Position numbers and translations under genes: made by a program. A model generated the notes under the pieces. It was not told the DNA's origin. It saw nothing but the letters and a program-made list of their open reading frames with translations, and ran no database searches. Of a stretch of 64,000 bases of DNA, positions 52,291 to 63,204 are shown piece after piece (positions within the stretch are counted from its first letter, which is position 1; every line of letters starts with the position of its first letter). The DNA comes from Callorhinchus milii (lineage: Eukaryota), in assembly GCF_018977255.1 (NCBI RefSeq), contig NW_024704743.1, positions 4,652,001-4,716,000 of the forward strand, written 5' to 3'.

Positions 52291-52832
52291 CTTGAAAAGC
52301 AAAACTAGAAGAGGTTATAAGGGAGGGTGGGTAGGTAGGGGAAGAGGGTTAGCATAACCACCAGTGGTTATATATTATTATATTATTATTATTATAATTG
52401 CCGCCTCCTCTCCGATCAACGCTATGAAAATGTCTTTAGAATCAATTTCAATCGTAACCAGTTTTCACCCATCTCTTTCTCTTAAAAGGTATTAATAGAC
52501 AACGTTTGCAGGGTGTCTGTTTTACGTTGAAAACTACTTTGTAGGAGATGGGAGGGAAAAATCCTTCCAACGAGTCTTGCTTGAGGCTCATTAATTTCAC
52601 GCTTGTCTTCTGGTTGCAAGCTCAAAATCTAATTACGTAACCTTTTTGCATTATTCATTCCATTCAATTATCCATGTTTCTTGCCCCTCATCTTTTCTCC
52701 AATGAAGCAAATTCGTTCCTGTCAGACTAACGTGATGATTTCGGAGTCCTTGAATTACGCTAGTCATTCAGGGTTTTTTTTAGGCTTTTGTTTGGGGTGA
52801 CAGTCTATGGTCTACACCTCTTGCCCGTTAGT

Positions 52833-53136
52833 GGAGTCCTGTAGCTCCAGTGGTTAGAGCACTCGCCTCGCAAGCGAGAGACCCGGGTTCGATTCCCGGC
52901 AGGATGAAATGTTAGGCATTTTCCAGGGGTAATAAATCTTTTAAAAAAATTTTTTTAAATCGGTCACTTCAATCCACGACTGTTTGTGGGACCCTGCTGT
53001 GCGCAATTGGCTGCCGCGTTTCGCCCATAAAATACACCGTCAATTCACTTTACAGTATATTCTGTGAAGCGCTTTGAGACGTCTCGAAGACGTGATAAGG
53101 CGCTATATCAAATGCAAGGATTGTTATGATTATTAT
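52833..53136 (+). mobile_element. tRNA-Ala SINE, internally deleted, very low divergence in the 3' half
   Basis: ggagtcctgtagctccagtggttagagcactcgcctcgcaagcgagagacccgggttcgattcccgg through gcaaggattgttatgatt. Confidence 0.92.
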
Positions 53137-53189
53137 ATATGTGAATGCAGACAAGTGAGTGCTGCCAAGCTAATTGACCATGGAAGGCA

Positions 53190-53605
53190 TGGTCTGTGAT
53201 GACAGCACAGTCAGCCTGGATCATTGGCAGGATCAAAGGGCAGACCAGTCATCCCACTCAGCCCCTATTAATCCTGCAAGCCAAAGCCCTAACGAGTAGG
53301 GTGGTCTTAGCTGGACAACCAGCGGGAAAGCTTGCCAGATGGCAAGGTGTGTGGTTTTAACTGGTTAGACTCCAGCAGTTACCCCAACGCACACTCCGGC
53401 GTCCGAAAGCTTGGCTCTTGCCAACCTGCGCTTAATAATCTCTAGAATTAGGTAAGGGAGAGAGATTGCGCATTCCATTCCAACAATTTATCTCTGGAAT
53501 TTCCCTGTGTAGGTGTAATGCATGGAAACCTGAGTTTGGTTTGGATATTCTTAATCACGATGATGGGTTTCCGCATGTTTGAGACACCCAGCTGACCCCT
53601 CAAAA
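53190..53605 (+). mobile_element. Unclassified dispersed repeat, copy E
   Basis: Collinear with copies B and D: gcagaccagtca...gccaaagccctaac...gtggttttaactggttagactcca...gggtttccgcatgtttgagacacccagctgaccc. Confidence 0.8.
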
Positions 53606-55283
53606 ATGGAAGACATCACACCCAAGCCAACCTCCTACTCATCCGGCAGCCATACATGCATGGTTTCCAGTTTATGTCGCTTGATGGTGATCGGAGCCTC
53701 ACAATTCCACATGGTCTTAGCCTTAAAGCTGTTAAGCCTTGAAAATTTCTTAAATTCAACCTTCATATGGAAGCCCTTTTCTGAGGTTCCTTTTAAGACC
53801 ATTATTGAACCCCCAAGTGTTGCCTTTGCTCAGATCAGGTAACTCAGCGCAGAAAAGTATTCGAACATGCGATCTCCTGGACTGTATGGTTCACTGGACC
53901 ACCAGCTATCCTTCCTGAACCTTTGTCACTGCACCAATTTGAAAACAGGGACCCGGAGGTTACCCATAACAGACAAAATATGATCTTACCAACGTTCTAG
54001 GTAAGGTAGGATGGAAGGTTTCACCTCGCCACCGAAGTCTTTTGAGTTGTGTTGCAGTACTTGCTCTGCCTTAATTAGATCATTTTTTTAGATAGTTTAT
54101 TTAGGTTAGATATTTAGCCAATTATATCAGTCAATAATTATGTCCCAATCTTGTTCCAAATCCTCTTCATGGATTTATCAATCGATAATCCTTCACCTGA
54201 CGTGGAATGCACTGTATTGTGGCAGTGTTGTAAATAGCTTTGCAGGGTATTGTTGTTTGACATTGTGGTGTGCCATTTGATTCTGGTGCAGTATCATACC
54301 CACATCTTCATTCAGAATGCATTACCCATGTCCAATTCCCTGGGTTACAATGCGTGTGGCAGACACAATGCCTGGGAACCCATTCTCGATGGTGACTGAT
54401 GATGAGCCTTCCACAAAGTGTAGGCGAGAAAAATCCTCGGCATTTTTGCTTTAGATCACTGGAGCAGTGCATTAAGTGCATCGGTGTAACTTGTCGAGCT
54501 GTTTATGTGGCTTTGCTCAGACGCGTGGATATTTAGTATCGGAGACATCGCTATTTCTGCATTTGCCCGTTTTTATTTCTGTTTTCTCCCATTAACATGA
54601 TGCAGAGCACGTTTGTCATCGCATTTGATATTTTACGCGGTTTTTGGTTAAAAAAAAAGAGCCTTCGGGGTTTTTTTTTTTTTCTTTTTTTCGCCAGGAG
54701 GTGTTGGCTTGCATGTGGTATTTATTTGGCTGCGGAGTTTTGCTGTAACGACCACTGCTTGTGGCAGATTTGCTTCCTTGGTTGTTCGTCAGACTGACAG
54801 CCGTGCCCCCTGCAGCAGTCAGTGAGAGGCGGCACTGGCGTAATTAACTGAGCAAACATCATCAGAATCTTCTCCTGTGTTCGTGTGATTTGAAACGTCG
54901 TAGCTTTCCCCTCCTCCCCCCCCACCTCCCCGCTCCCCACCCCCAACTCCTTACTCCAGGGTGAATTGCCAATTAATTTTATATGTGAGCGAATTAAGTC
55001 AGGAGCCGTAGTCGCTCACTGGAGCGCACTGGATACGAGGTGACGTCTGTTTAGAATCTGTTTCGGTTATCCTCTGATGGTGACAGTATCCACGGAGGCT
55101 ATTATATTATTATTTATGTGATTATTAGGTTATGTATGTTATTATAAGGTTGGCTTTATGATGGTTAACAAGTGAAGATGCAGTCCTGGCTGGTCTCCAA
55201 CACTCCACCTTCACACAAAGTCCACCTCATCCAGAACCTTGCCACCCTCACCCTTGTCCTTGTCCGCACCAAACTCCACATGA

Positions 55284-55840
55284 CCCATCGCCATGTTTTA
55301 AGAGTGTCCACACCAGACAGAGACGCTCACATGTATGCCATCCAGACACGGAAATTTCCCTGTGTCTGTACTGGAATGCGCACACTCTCCCTGGAGGGAT
55401 GCACCCTGCTCACCAAATTCCAGAGAGTATCAGGCATAGGATGGCCGGCTTGGGGACCCCAGAGCGCGCACCGGGGTACCCCTGGAGTCCAACCAACAAC
55501 AAAACCGTTTGGCAAGATTTCCGCTGCTTGTCCAGCTAAGACCACTCGGCTACGCATTAGGATTTTGGGTTGCGTGTTTAACAGGAGCTGAGTGAGATGA
55601 CTCTCTGCCCCCAGTGACTGGTCTGCCCTTCCAGGTCCTGCCGATGAGCCAGGCTCGGGCTGTGCTGTCATCAGCAGCGCCCTGGAAAACTGCGGACCCG
55701 CCTGGCTCAGGAACCGGACTGGACATCGTCACAGAGGCTTGAGTCGATTCCGACCTTCGTGGCCAAGCAGGTCACCTTGGAGCCAACTGAACTCCCAAGG
55801 AGACCCCCCCCCCGCTTACCTTTCCCTCATCCCCGCTCCC
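55284..55840 (-). mobile_element. Unclassified dispersed repeat, copy F (antisense), abutting the putative cassette exon
   Basis: Reverse complement matches copies D/E (ccgctgcttgtccagctaagacca, cccagtgactggtctgcccttcc, gatgagccaggct...ctgtgctgtcatcagcag, ccaaggagac...gcttacc). Confidence 0.8.
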
Positions 55841-55843
55841 CAG

Positions 55844-56015
55844 TTAGAAGGACTTGTCCTGAATCGCAGGCTTATTTCTTAACGCGGAGGAAATGAACAC
55901 GTGCCCTCAAAAGTACAGGCGACGAGAGAATATAACGTGTACACCCAGAGGCCTTTAGCACATCGCCCGAAACAGCGTCGAGTCGGGAACAAAATCGAGA
56001 TGGTGCCACAACACA
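55844..56015 (+). pseudogene. DIP2C: Putative DIP2C cassette exon between exons 5 and 6, apparently frameshifted or degenerate
   Basis: Protein-like peptide spread over three frames (RTCPESQ / FLNAEEMN / KVQATREYNVYTQRPLAHRPKQRRVGNKIEMVPQH). A phase-1 GC donor CACA|gcgagc would give PQH-K-NHSAPP with exon 6. Candidate acceptors start the exon at 55844, 55848, 55890 or 55914. Homology rests on a recalled long isoform and is not verified. Confidence 0.55.
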
Positions 56016-57110
56016 GCGAGCTTGCTCGCGTTCAACTGCACTGCAAGAACGATGGAAGTGCATGCCAGCTGTTGCCATGGCAATCGGTCCGCAAGTTGAC
56101 GTCAGTTTTTGTGCTCCGAAGGCTGGGGCTCCTGCCAGCGTTTAAGGGTATTTGGACAACCACTGGGGCAAACACAACAAGATGTAGCCGGAGTCAATCA
56201 ATCTGCAGTTATCGGCTGTCTGACGTTATCGGCCTTGTTTCTTTCCACATAATCGAGCCGTTGACGTGCGCTACGTCACTGAAGGAGACCGAGAGGCTTC
56301 AGGCGCTAGCTCTTTCACTGGAGCTGCTTTTTCTGCTCCCCCACCATCCCACTCCCCCGCCACCCCCCCCGCCCCACCCCTGCCTCTTCCCGATATTGTT
56401 TGATGTCGCTTCTCCTCACATCGCGTGTTTATCAAATTCTCTTTTAAATGTTATAATCTTAGCTTCAATAACCTCTTCTGGCAGAGCACTCCATGTTCTA
56501 ATAATCCTCTCTGTGTATATATATATATATGTATGTGTATATATATATGCGTGTTTGTGTGTGTAATAAAGCCTAATCTCCCCCGTAACATTTCCAGTGA
56601 GTTTCCCCCTCGCCCCCCCCCCCCCCCCCCACTCCCCCCACACACACGCACACCGTTACCAATCCACCAACCAGCAAAGCATCATCTTTCATGACTTACC
56701 CTCTCAAAAATCTTTTCAGAATAAACATAGCGATATGGTGGCTTTGAGGTCGGCATGACGTCTCAAAAGCGCTTCGCAGGATTTACTGCAAAGTGTAGTG
56801 ACTGTGTTTTGCAGGTGATCTCTGAAGACCCTCTCCTTAACCTTCTCTGTTCCAGGCAAAATAGATAGTGCATTTAAAAAAAACAACAACCAATGCACTT
56901 ACAAATACACTTGACAGAAATATCCTGTAAAGTGCTTTGAGGCATTTTGATCGCGCATTAAGGCACTGTATCAAATGCCAGGATTATTATTATGCATGTA
57001 AGAAATACTGAAAGTTTTCAAGTTGGGCAGGACACGAGCACACGAAGAATAAGCCTGGTTTTGTAGCTTAACGTTGAGCGAGTGACTTACCTTTTTGCTT
57101 TCTTTACCAG

Positions 57111-57242
57111 AAAACCACTCGGCCCCACCTGATGTCACCACTTACACGACAGAGCACTCGATACAGGTCGAACGCCCTCAAGGCTCCACGTCAAGAGCTG
57201 CACCAAAGTATGGAAACGCTGAACTGATGGAGACCGGCGATG
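57111..57242 (+). CDS. DIP2C: DIP2C coding exon (exon 6 equivalent), 132 nt: (E)NHSAPPDVTTYTTEHSIQVERPQGSTSRAAPKYGNAELMETGD
   Basis: Acceptor tctttaccag|AA, donor GATG|gtaggt; within ORF 57095..57313. Confidence 0.98.
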
Positions 57243-59406
57243 GTAGGTGCCGTCTCCTTGCTGACTTGCTATTTCAGGAGCCGCCCCGTCATTCGGTGTT
57301 TTACATCGCTTAACGTTCTCCCTGAATTTTAATGTGACAAGTGCCAAAGCCAAGCTTGAGTGGCTTTTGCTGCCAGCAAAAGTTTCTTTCGGGATTTTAA
57401 TTCAGTTGGCGCTAATTTGTTACTTGCCTAATGATGTTCTGAGTCATTCGCCCACAAAATACCCGAGTCGCTCCATCTTAGGTTTGTATCGTGTGAACCG
57501 CTTTTAAGACGTCCGCTCGAGGCGAAAGGCGGTATATCAAATGTATTGTTATTCTGTATTCTCAAACAGTTTGCTCAGGTGTCCTTATCTGTCCTTCCAT
57601 CAGAATATTGTATTTGCTAAAAGTGACGCAATAATAATAATCCTTACGTTTAAAGCAGCGCCTTATCGCGTCGTCGAGACGCCTCAAAGTGCTTCACAGA
57701 ATATACCGTAAAGTGCAGTGACTGTGCATTTTGTGGCAGCTAATTTGCGCACAGCAAATTAGAGAGTCCGATAAACACACTGATTGGGACCGACCCACTG
57801 TGGATATGAAAACAGTGCTGATATCAGGGGAATTGCGATGTATAGCATGAAGAAAAAATATCTTTCATCAGGAGTCATACTGACTATGGTAGCACACTGT
57901 TGCAACCTTTTCTGTGTCTCAGTTTCTCTCTCCCAAGTGGCTTCCTTTCTCCCCCTCCCTGACAAAAACAAACACATATTACCAATCCTTATTTTCTTTC
58001 CCCAGCTCCCCTCTCTCTCTGCCCCTCTCTCTCTCTCCCATTCTCTCTCTCATAATACATCATTTTAGCCCACACAACATAGTCAATTCATTTTACAGTA
58101 CATTCTGTGAAGCGCTTTGAGGCGTCTCGAAGATGTGATGTGGCACTACACCAAATGCAAGGATACTCTTATGATAAATGCGTGAATTATTAGAACTAAA
58201 ACCCTTTAAACAGCAGCATTTAGCTCGTGACATCGCTCCTCTTGACAGTATATTCTGTGAAGCTCTTTGAGACGTCTCAACGACATGATAAGGCCCTATA
58301 TCAAATGCAAGGATCATTATTATTATTATTATCATCATTAAAGAGCCGAGGTGTTGAGGTCAATTTAAGACATCGCACTTGCAACAGCCACAGGGGAGTT
58401 AAAAGATAATTTTTTATGTGAACATTTGTTTAGCTTTGAGGAATGGCTTTCGCATTACAAGCCTAGTAACGAGAGAATGTTTATCATTGAAATCATCTTA
58501 GCAACAGAGCTGTCATCACTTGACCTCTTTATTTGCGTGCAACATGAGTAAGACTGCATTTGGATGATCACGGGCAAAAGTTGTCCTGCTTCCAAAATAG
58601 TGCAAACAACAATGTGTGGATTTCTTAAATAATGTAATCGTCAACCTTAGAGAAAGGGGAATAAATAAATCGTGGCGTAAACACTCTCCACTGAACTGCA
58701 CTAATAAATGCGAGCATATGGCTTTTTTTGGGGGGGGAGATAAATAGTTCGGATTTGCGCCTCGTGGAAATTGCTTGTTTCACGATCAGTTTGCTGAGGC
58801 TGAGATAAAAAAAAACATCGTAAAATGGTCAAACGGGAACGTGAAGAACCAGGAAGGTACAAATTGTCCCTTTGCTGTGACTCGCTGTTCTCGTAATTTA
58901 GGCAAAATAATATTAAGAGTGTCTTTATTTGGAGCTGAGAAAAATTGCGTTCTCTTGCTGGTAGTTGTTGCGGCGAATGTTAACCACAATAATCTTTGCA
59001 TTTCATACAGCGATTTATCGTGTTGTCGAGACGTCTCAAAGCGCTTCGCAGGATATACCCTGTACAGTTTGCATGACACCAGTGCTAACTATTGGCCTGC
59101 GTTGCCAACAGTGTTCAGATATCACCAGCTCTCTGACAATACAGCATTCGCATTGCGTGGACAGATTCTGTTTGTTTCCGGTCGGCACAAGGAGCCCTTT
59201 GTTTAATATCTCCAGGAACAGGAGGAGGCCATTCAACCCGTCGCGCCTGCTCCGCCAACTTATTACGTCATTAGCAGATAGTGTAATGAGCATCCTAATC
59301 CTTGCATTTGGTACAGCGCCTTATCACGTCGGAATGCCGTCTCAAAGCGCTTCGCAGGATTTACCGTGGAATGTGGAGTGACTGTGCATTTGGAGAGAGG
59401 AAAATG

Positions 59407-59443
59407 AGTTAATGTTTCAGGTCGATGACCTTTCGTCAGAACT
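59407..59443 (-). ncRNA. Minimal type I hammerhead ribozyme motif, degenerate
   Basis: Minus strand reads AGUU CUGACGA A AGGUC AUC GACCU GAAAC AUU AACU: stem I AGUU/AACU, intact CUGANGA and GAAA; the GUU seen in the sense copy is AUU here. Confidence 0.7.
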
Positions 59444-59502
59444 GGGGGATGTTGGAAGGGAGAAGTTGATAAGGACTAATAAATGTCTTCCAACATTCCC
59501 CC

Positions 59503-59538
59503 AGTTTTGACGAAAGTCATTGACCTGAAACGTTAACT
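59503..59538 (+). ncRNA. Minimal type I hammerhead ribozyme motif, degenerate (C3 to U)
   Basis: AGUU UUGACGA AAGUC AUU GACCU GAAAC GUU AACU: palindromic stem III (AACGUU) intact, core C3 mutated, stem II one nucleotide short. Confidence 0.6.
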
Positions 59539-59759
59539 CACTTTCCTCTCTCTATAGATGCTGCCTGACCTGCTGAGTGTTCCCAGCGACTTCTGTTTTT
59601 ATTTCAGATTTCCAGCATCTGCAGTATTTTGCCTTTTGTTTTAACATGTTGGGACATCCTCCCGACGTGGAAGGCGATATATATATATATATATACATGT
59701 GTATATTATTATTATTATAAATTTGCCTTGTATTGATTTTTGTTTTGGATTCTTTCCAG

Positions 59760-59879
59760 GAGTTCCAGTGAGCAGCAGAGTATCTGCCAAAATCCAACAG
59801 CTGGTGAACACCCTTAAACGGCCCAAACGCCCCCCATTGAGAGAATTTTTTGTGGACGATTTTGAAGAACTATTGGAAG
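59760..59879 (+). CDS. DIP2C: DIP2C coding exon (exon 7 equivalent), 120 nt: (G)VPVSSRVSAKIQQLVNTLKRPKRPPLREFFVDDFEELLE
   Basis: Acceptor tctttccag|GA, donor GAAG|gtaagc; within ORF 59699..59977. Confidence 0.98.
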
Positions 59880-61559
59880 GTAAGCATTGGAGGAATCGGA
59901 GCTCACGTCGCTATGTAGGAGTGAGCTCTGCAGGGCCAAACCACGAACTTGCTCGGTTAACTCAGCGTGTTTTCTAAGGAACATTGTTAATGCCAATTAA
60001 AGGACCTTTCATGAAACACTCCTTTAAGCAGGGGACCACAGATGATACTGAATTCAATTCCAAATTCCCCAAACATTCGATGATTGACAATGGAAACCTT
60101 AAACAGTGGTAGGGCCGTCTAAGAAGGTGGTGAGATGCCTCTGGTCTGAATGTGAGTCAGCCTGCTCCACTGTCACTACCATCATTGAGCTTCTGGGCGA
60201 TAAGCATTTACCAACCACAGACAGTAAGTGTTTCCAGTGGAGCCGTGCGGTCGAGCCTGTCTGTCTGTTTACCCAACTGCCACGCTTTCCGGCGGGGATC
60301 GTGGGATAAGAATCAGGAAGGAGTAGGAACACTGGCAGCATTTTCCCCTCTCTTTGTCCAAGGCACTGAAGCAAGTCATAGGACTGCCATTAGAGTTCTG
60401 CCTCAGATCAATTCACTTGGCAGAGATCTGGAACCTGGGACTTTGCAAACCTTATGGCTCAAATTCTACACCAGACAGACAGAAGGAGCATCAGCAACTG
60501 AACCGTGAAATCGGAGGGGATTGAGTGAAGCGGCACCAACCGTTTCAGTAAAAAAAATTTTTTTTTTCACCCCAAAATTTCTTCCCGACTCTCACTGTGC
60601 AAATATTGAAGCAGATAAAGTGGCATCTCTGGTGCAAGTGCAAGTCCAGCAGGAAATCAAACGTATAGTTACCGGCAGATGTAATATTAATAACAGGCTG
60701 CCTTGAGATGCTGTTTGAGACGCTGGAGATAATTATAACGGAGGCTGACACTTGCTGACTCACGCTGAGGAGCGAGGATACATTTTAATGAGTTGCCACT
60801 GCTCCGATCTTTGTTCACAGGGACTCAAGGTTAATATCAGGAGTACAATACCACAGTTAAATTGGAGGTTAGCTTAAAAAGAAGCGAGTGCTTAATGTTC
60901 AGTGCGTTGCAAAACGGGTTGTCAGTGCAAAAAAAATTGGGGTCACTGTTCATTTTTTAGCATGCAATGTGTTATTTTCTTTGCTAAGTCCAGGGGTTGG
61001 ATATTGAATCCATATAGGATGTATTTGTGATTTGTGCGTTACAAGAGCAACAAATTTTGACCCTCAAGGCATGGAACTGAAAGTTGGTTTGCAGTAATCC
61101 AAAGGAGGGCTTCAAAAATAGCCTCCCGCCTCCAAAAGCAAATCTCAAGAGCTCAGTACTTTGGCTCACGCCTGAGATTGAAAAGCTGTCTTGTGAACCT
61201 CTTCCAGCAAATTTTTTTTTTTTTTTTTTACATTGCACAGAATTTTAACTCATCTTTGAACCGCTCGGGCGATGAGACATGTTGGCAACAGTCTTCGTAG
61301 AATATTACTTCAGTGAATTTGTTCTCCTTGTTTTATAAAGGAGGCTTTGTGTGTAGGATGTGAACTTGCTTTTTATTTCGGTCTACACTGTGCATGGTTC
61401 GGAAAAAAATATACAAGCTTTTCCCACTTTTCCTCCCATCTTTGTCTCCTCGGCTTTATTTTGTTTTGTCCCTTTTCTCCTGAAGGCTGTAAATTATTAC
61501 TGGTTAATGTTCTGCAAGAGCCGGCATTAGGCACTCCTTACCATATGGACATTCTCGAT

Positions 61560-61940
61560 TGGTAGCACTGTCGCCTACGTTCGCGGGTTCAAGCCCCACA
61601 TTGGGACTTTGAACTCACATAGTTCAGGCTGACAGTCCAATCCATTCCTGGGGGAACCCTGCTTTGCTGGAGGTGCCTGTCCAGGAGGCCATCAAAGATC
61701 CCAGAGCTTTACCAGCTTTCGAAAAAGAGAAGGCTGTTTCATCCGGTATTCTGGCCAACAATCCCCCAAAATAAAATCGGTCGTGTCTGAATGTCTGATG
61801 TTGCTGCGTGCAAATTTGCTATCGCATTTCCCCTCAAAATATACCCAGTCACACCACTTTACAGTAATCCTGGGAGGCGCTTTGAGATGTCTCGATGACG
61901 TGATGAGACGCAAGATCAAATGCAAGGATTGTTATTATTG
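61560..61940 (+). mobile_element. Deu-domain SINE
   Basis: tggtagcactgtcgcc...gggttcaagccccac...ggctgacagtccaat...ctggccaacaatcccc...gcaaggattgttatt. Confidence 0.8.
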
Positions 61941-62231
61941 TATTCTTCAAGGCGGAAAGTGCCTCCAACTCTTGCTGTACTCACTTGATCCCACTATTCA
62001 CTATTAGAAAAAGCTCAGGATTGTCACCAGAAGTGTTGGGGGTGGTGATGATTCATGTATTTACCAGAATGTTATTGTAATGTGAGATTCTTTGCCACAA
62101 GTGGCTACTGAGGCTGAGATCACAATGACATTTAAAAGGGAAATCGGATAAGCAGTTTAACAGGAACATGACAAAAGGATTTTATTGTGAAGTGTAGTGA
62201 CTGTGTATTTGTAGGGGACACTTGGGGATGA

Positions 62232-62598
62232 GGAGACCTGTAGCGTCTTGGTTAGAACACACACTTCGCAGTGCGAGAGGACCCAGGTTCGATTCCCGGG
62301 CGGGTCGAAACCTTAGGCAAGTTTCCTCACTCCACACGCCTCTGTTTACCGAGCAGCAAACTACGAACCCGGTTGTTAGTCAATTGTGTATCGCTTTCTC
62401 GAGATAATAATCCCTTCCAAAATATAATAATTTGGTCACTCAATTCAAGACAGTTTGTGGGACAGTTTGTTGACTGCCGGGTTTCACTCGCAAAAATATA
62501 CAGTTAATTCGCTTACAACATATTGTGTGAAACGCTTTGAGACGTCTCAATGACATGATAAGGCGCTATATCAAATGCAAGGAGTACAACTATTATTT
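62232..62598 (+). mobile_element. tRNA-Ala SINE, long subtype, diverged
   Basis: ggagacctgtagcgtcttggttagaac...ccaggttcgattcccggg...aaggcgctatatcaaatgcaagga. Confidence 0.88.
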
Positions 62599-62882
62599 AG
62601 TAGTAGATAACACATGGGGAGGAGCGAGTACCAGCATCAGCTTACTCCTAAAATGGAAGGTCTATGATTCTGTGTTCACATTAGGGTCTGGATGATGATT
62701 TTGTTTTTTCACTACTCCTTAGCTTGTCTGTGTGTGTGTGTGCTTGTGTTGTACATATACACATATATATCAATGTTGTAATATTTTACCTGAAATAAAA
62801 ATGTTTAGATAAATCACCACTGTTCATAAGGAAGTCAGAAGAAATATAATAAAACCCTGAGTCTTTCATTTTTATGCTGCAG

Positions 62883-63080
62883 TTCAACATCCAGACCCTA
62901 ACCTGCCGAGACCAGAGGGAGCCCAGATGTTGGCCGTTAGAGGAGAACAGCTGGGAGTAGTAACTAATTGGCCGCCGTCTCTGGAAGCAGCCCTCCAACG
63001 CTGGGGCACGATATCTCCTAAAGCTCCCTGTCTGACCACCATGGACACCAATGGGAAACCACTTTACATCCTCACATATG
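62883..63080 (+). CDS. DIP2C: DIP2C coding exon (exon 8 equivalent), 198 nt, leading into the first AMP-binding (adenylate-forming) domain: (V)QHPDPNLPRPEGAQMLAVRGEQLGVVTNWPPSLEAALQRWGTISPKAPCLTTMDTNGKPLYILTY
   Basis: Acceptor tttatgctgcag|TT, donor TATG|gtactt; overlaps ORF 62927..63142. Confidence 0.97.
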
Positions 63081-63204
63081 GTACTTGGCTTCTTTTGGCC
63101 CACTTGTCTCTGTTGAACGTTTGCGAGATGGGGGCAACCTGATCGGGGTGGGGATTGCATTTGTTTTGGGGGTAATCATTCCAACAAAATGTATTAAAAA
63201 AATA

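Larger units (their letters stand above)
59391..59642. mobile_element. Palindromic Penelope-like (pLTR-derived) element with inverted arms 59391-59458 and 59487-59554
   Basis: About 68-nt inverted repeats around a 28-nt spacer; the right arm continues into agatgctgcctgacctgctgagtg...tttccagcatctgcagt. Confidence 0.8.

Noticed and set aside
52833..52905. tRNA-Ala(CGC)-like sequences at the heads of many repeats (also 11185-11256, 19766, 32725-32797, 47935)
   Set aside because: The acceptor stem does not close and each continues into SINE body and tail, so these are SINE heads and not tRNA genes.
55901..56566. 221-aa plus-strand ORF as a stand-alone gene
   Set aside because: Only the first ~38 codons look like the cassette exon; the rest runs through C-rich sequence, an antisense CR1 piece and (TA)n repeats.
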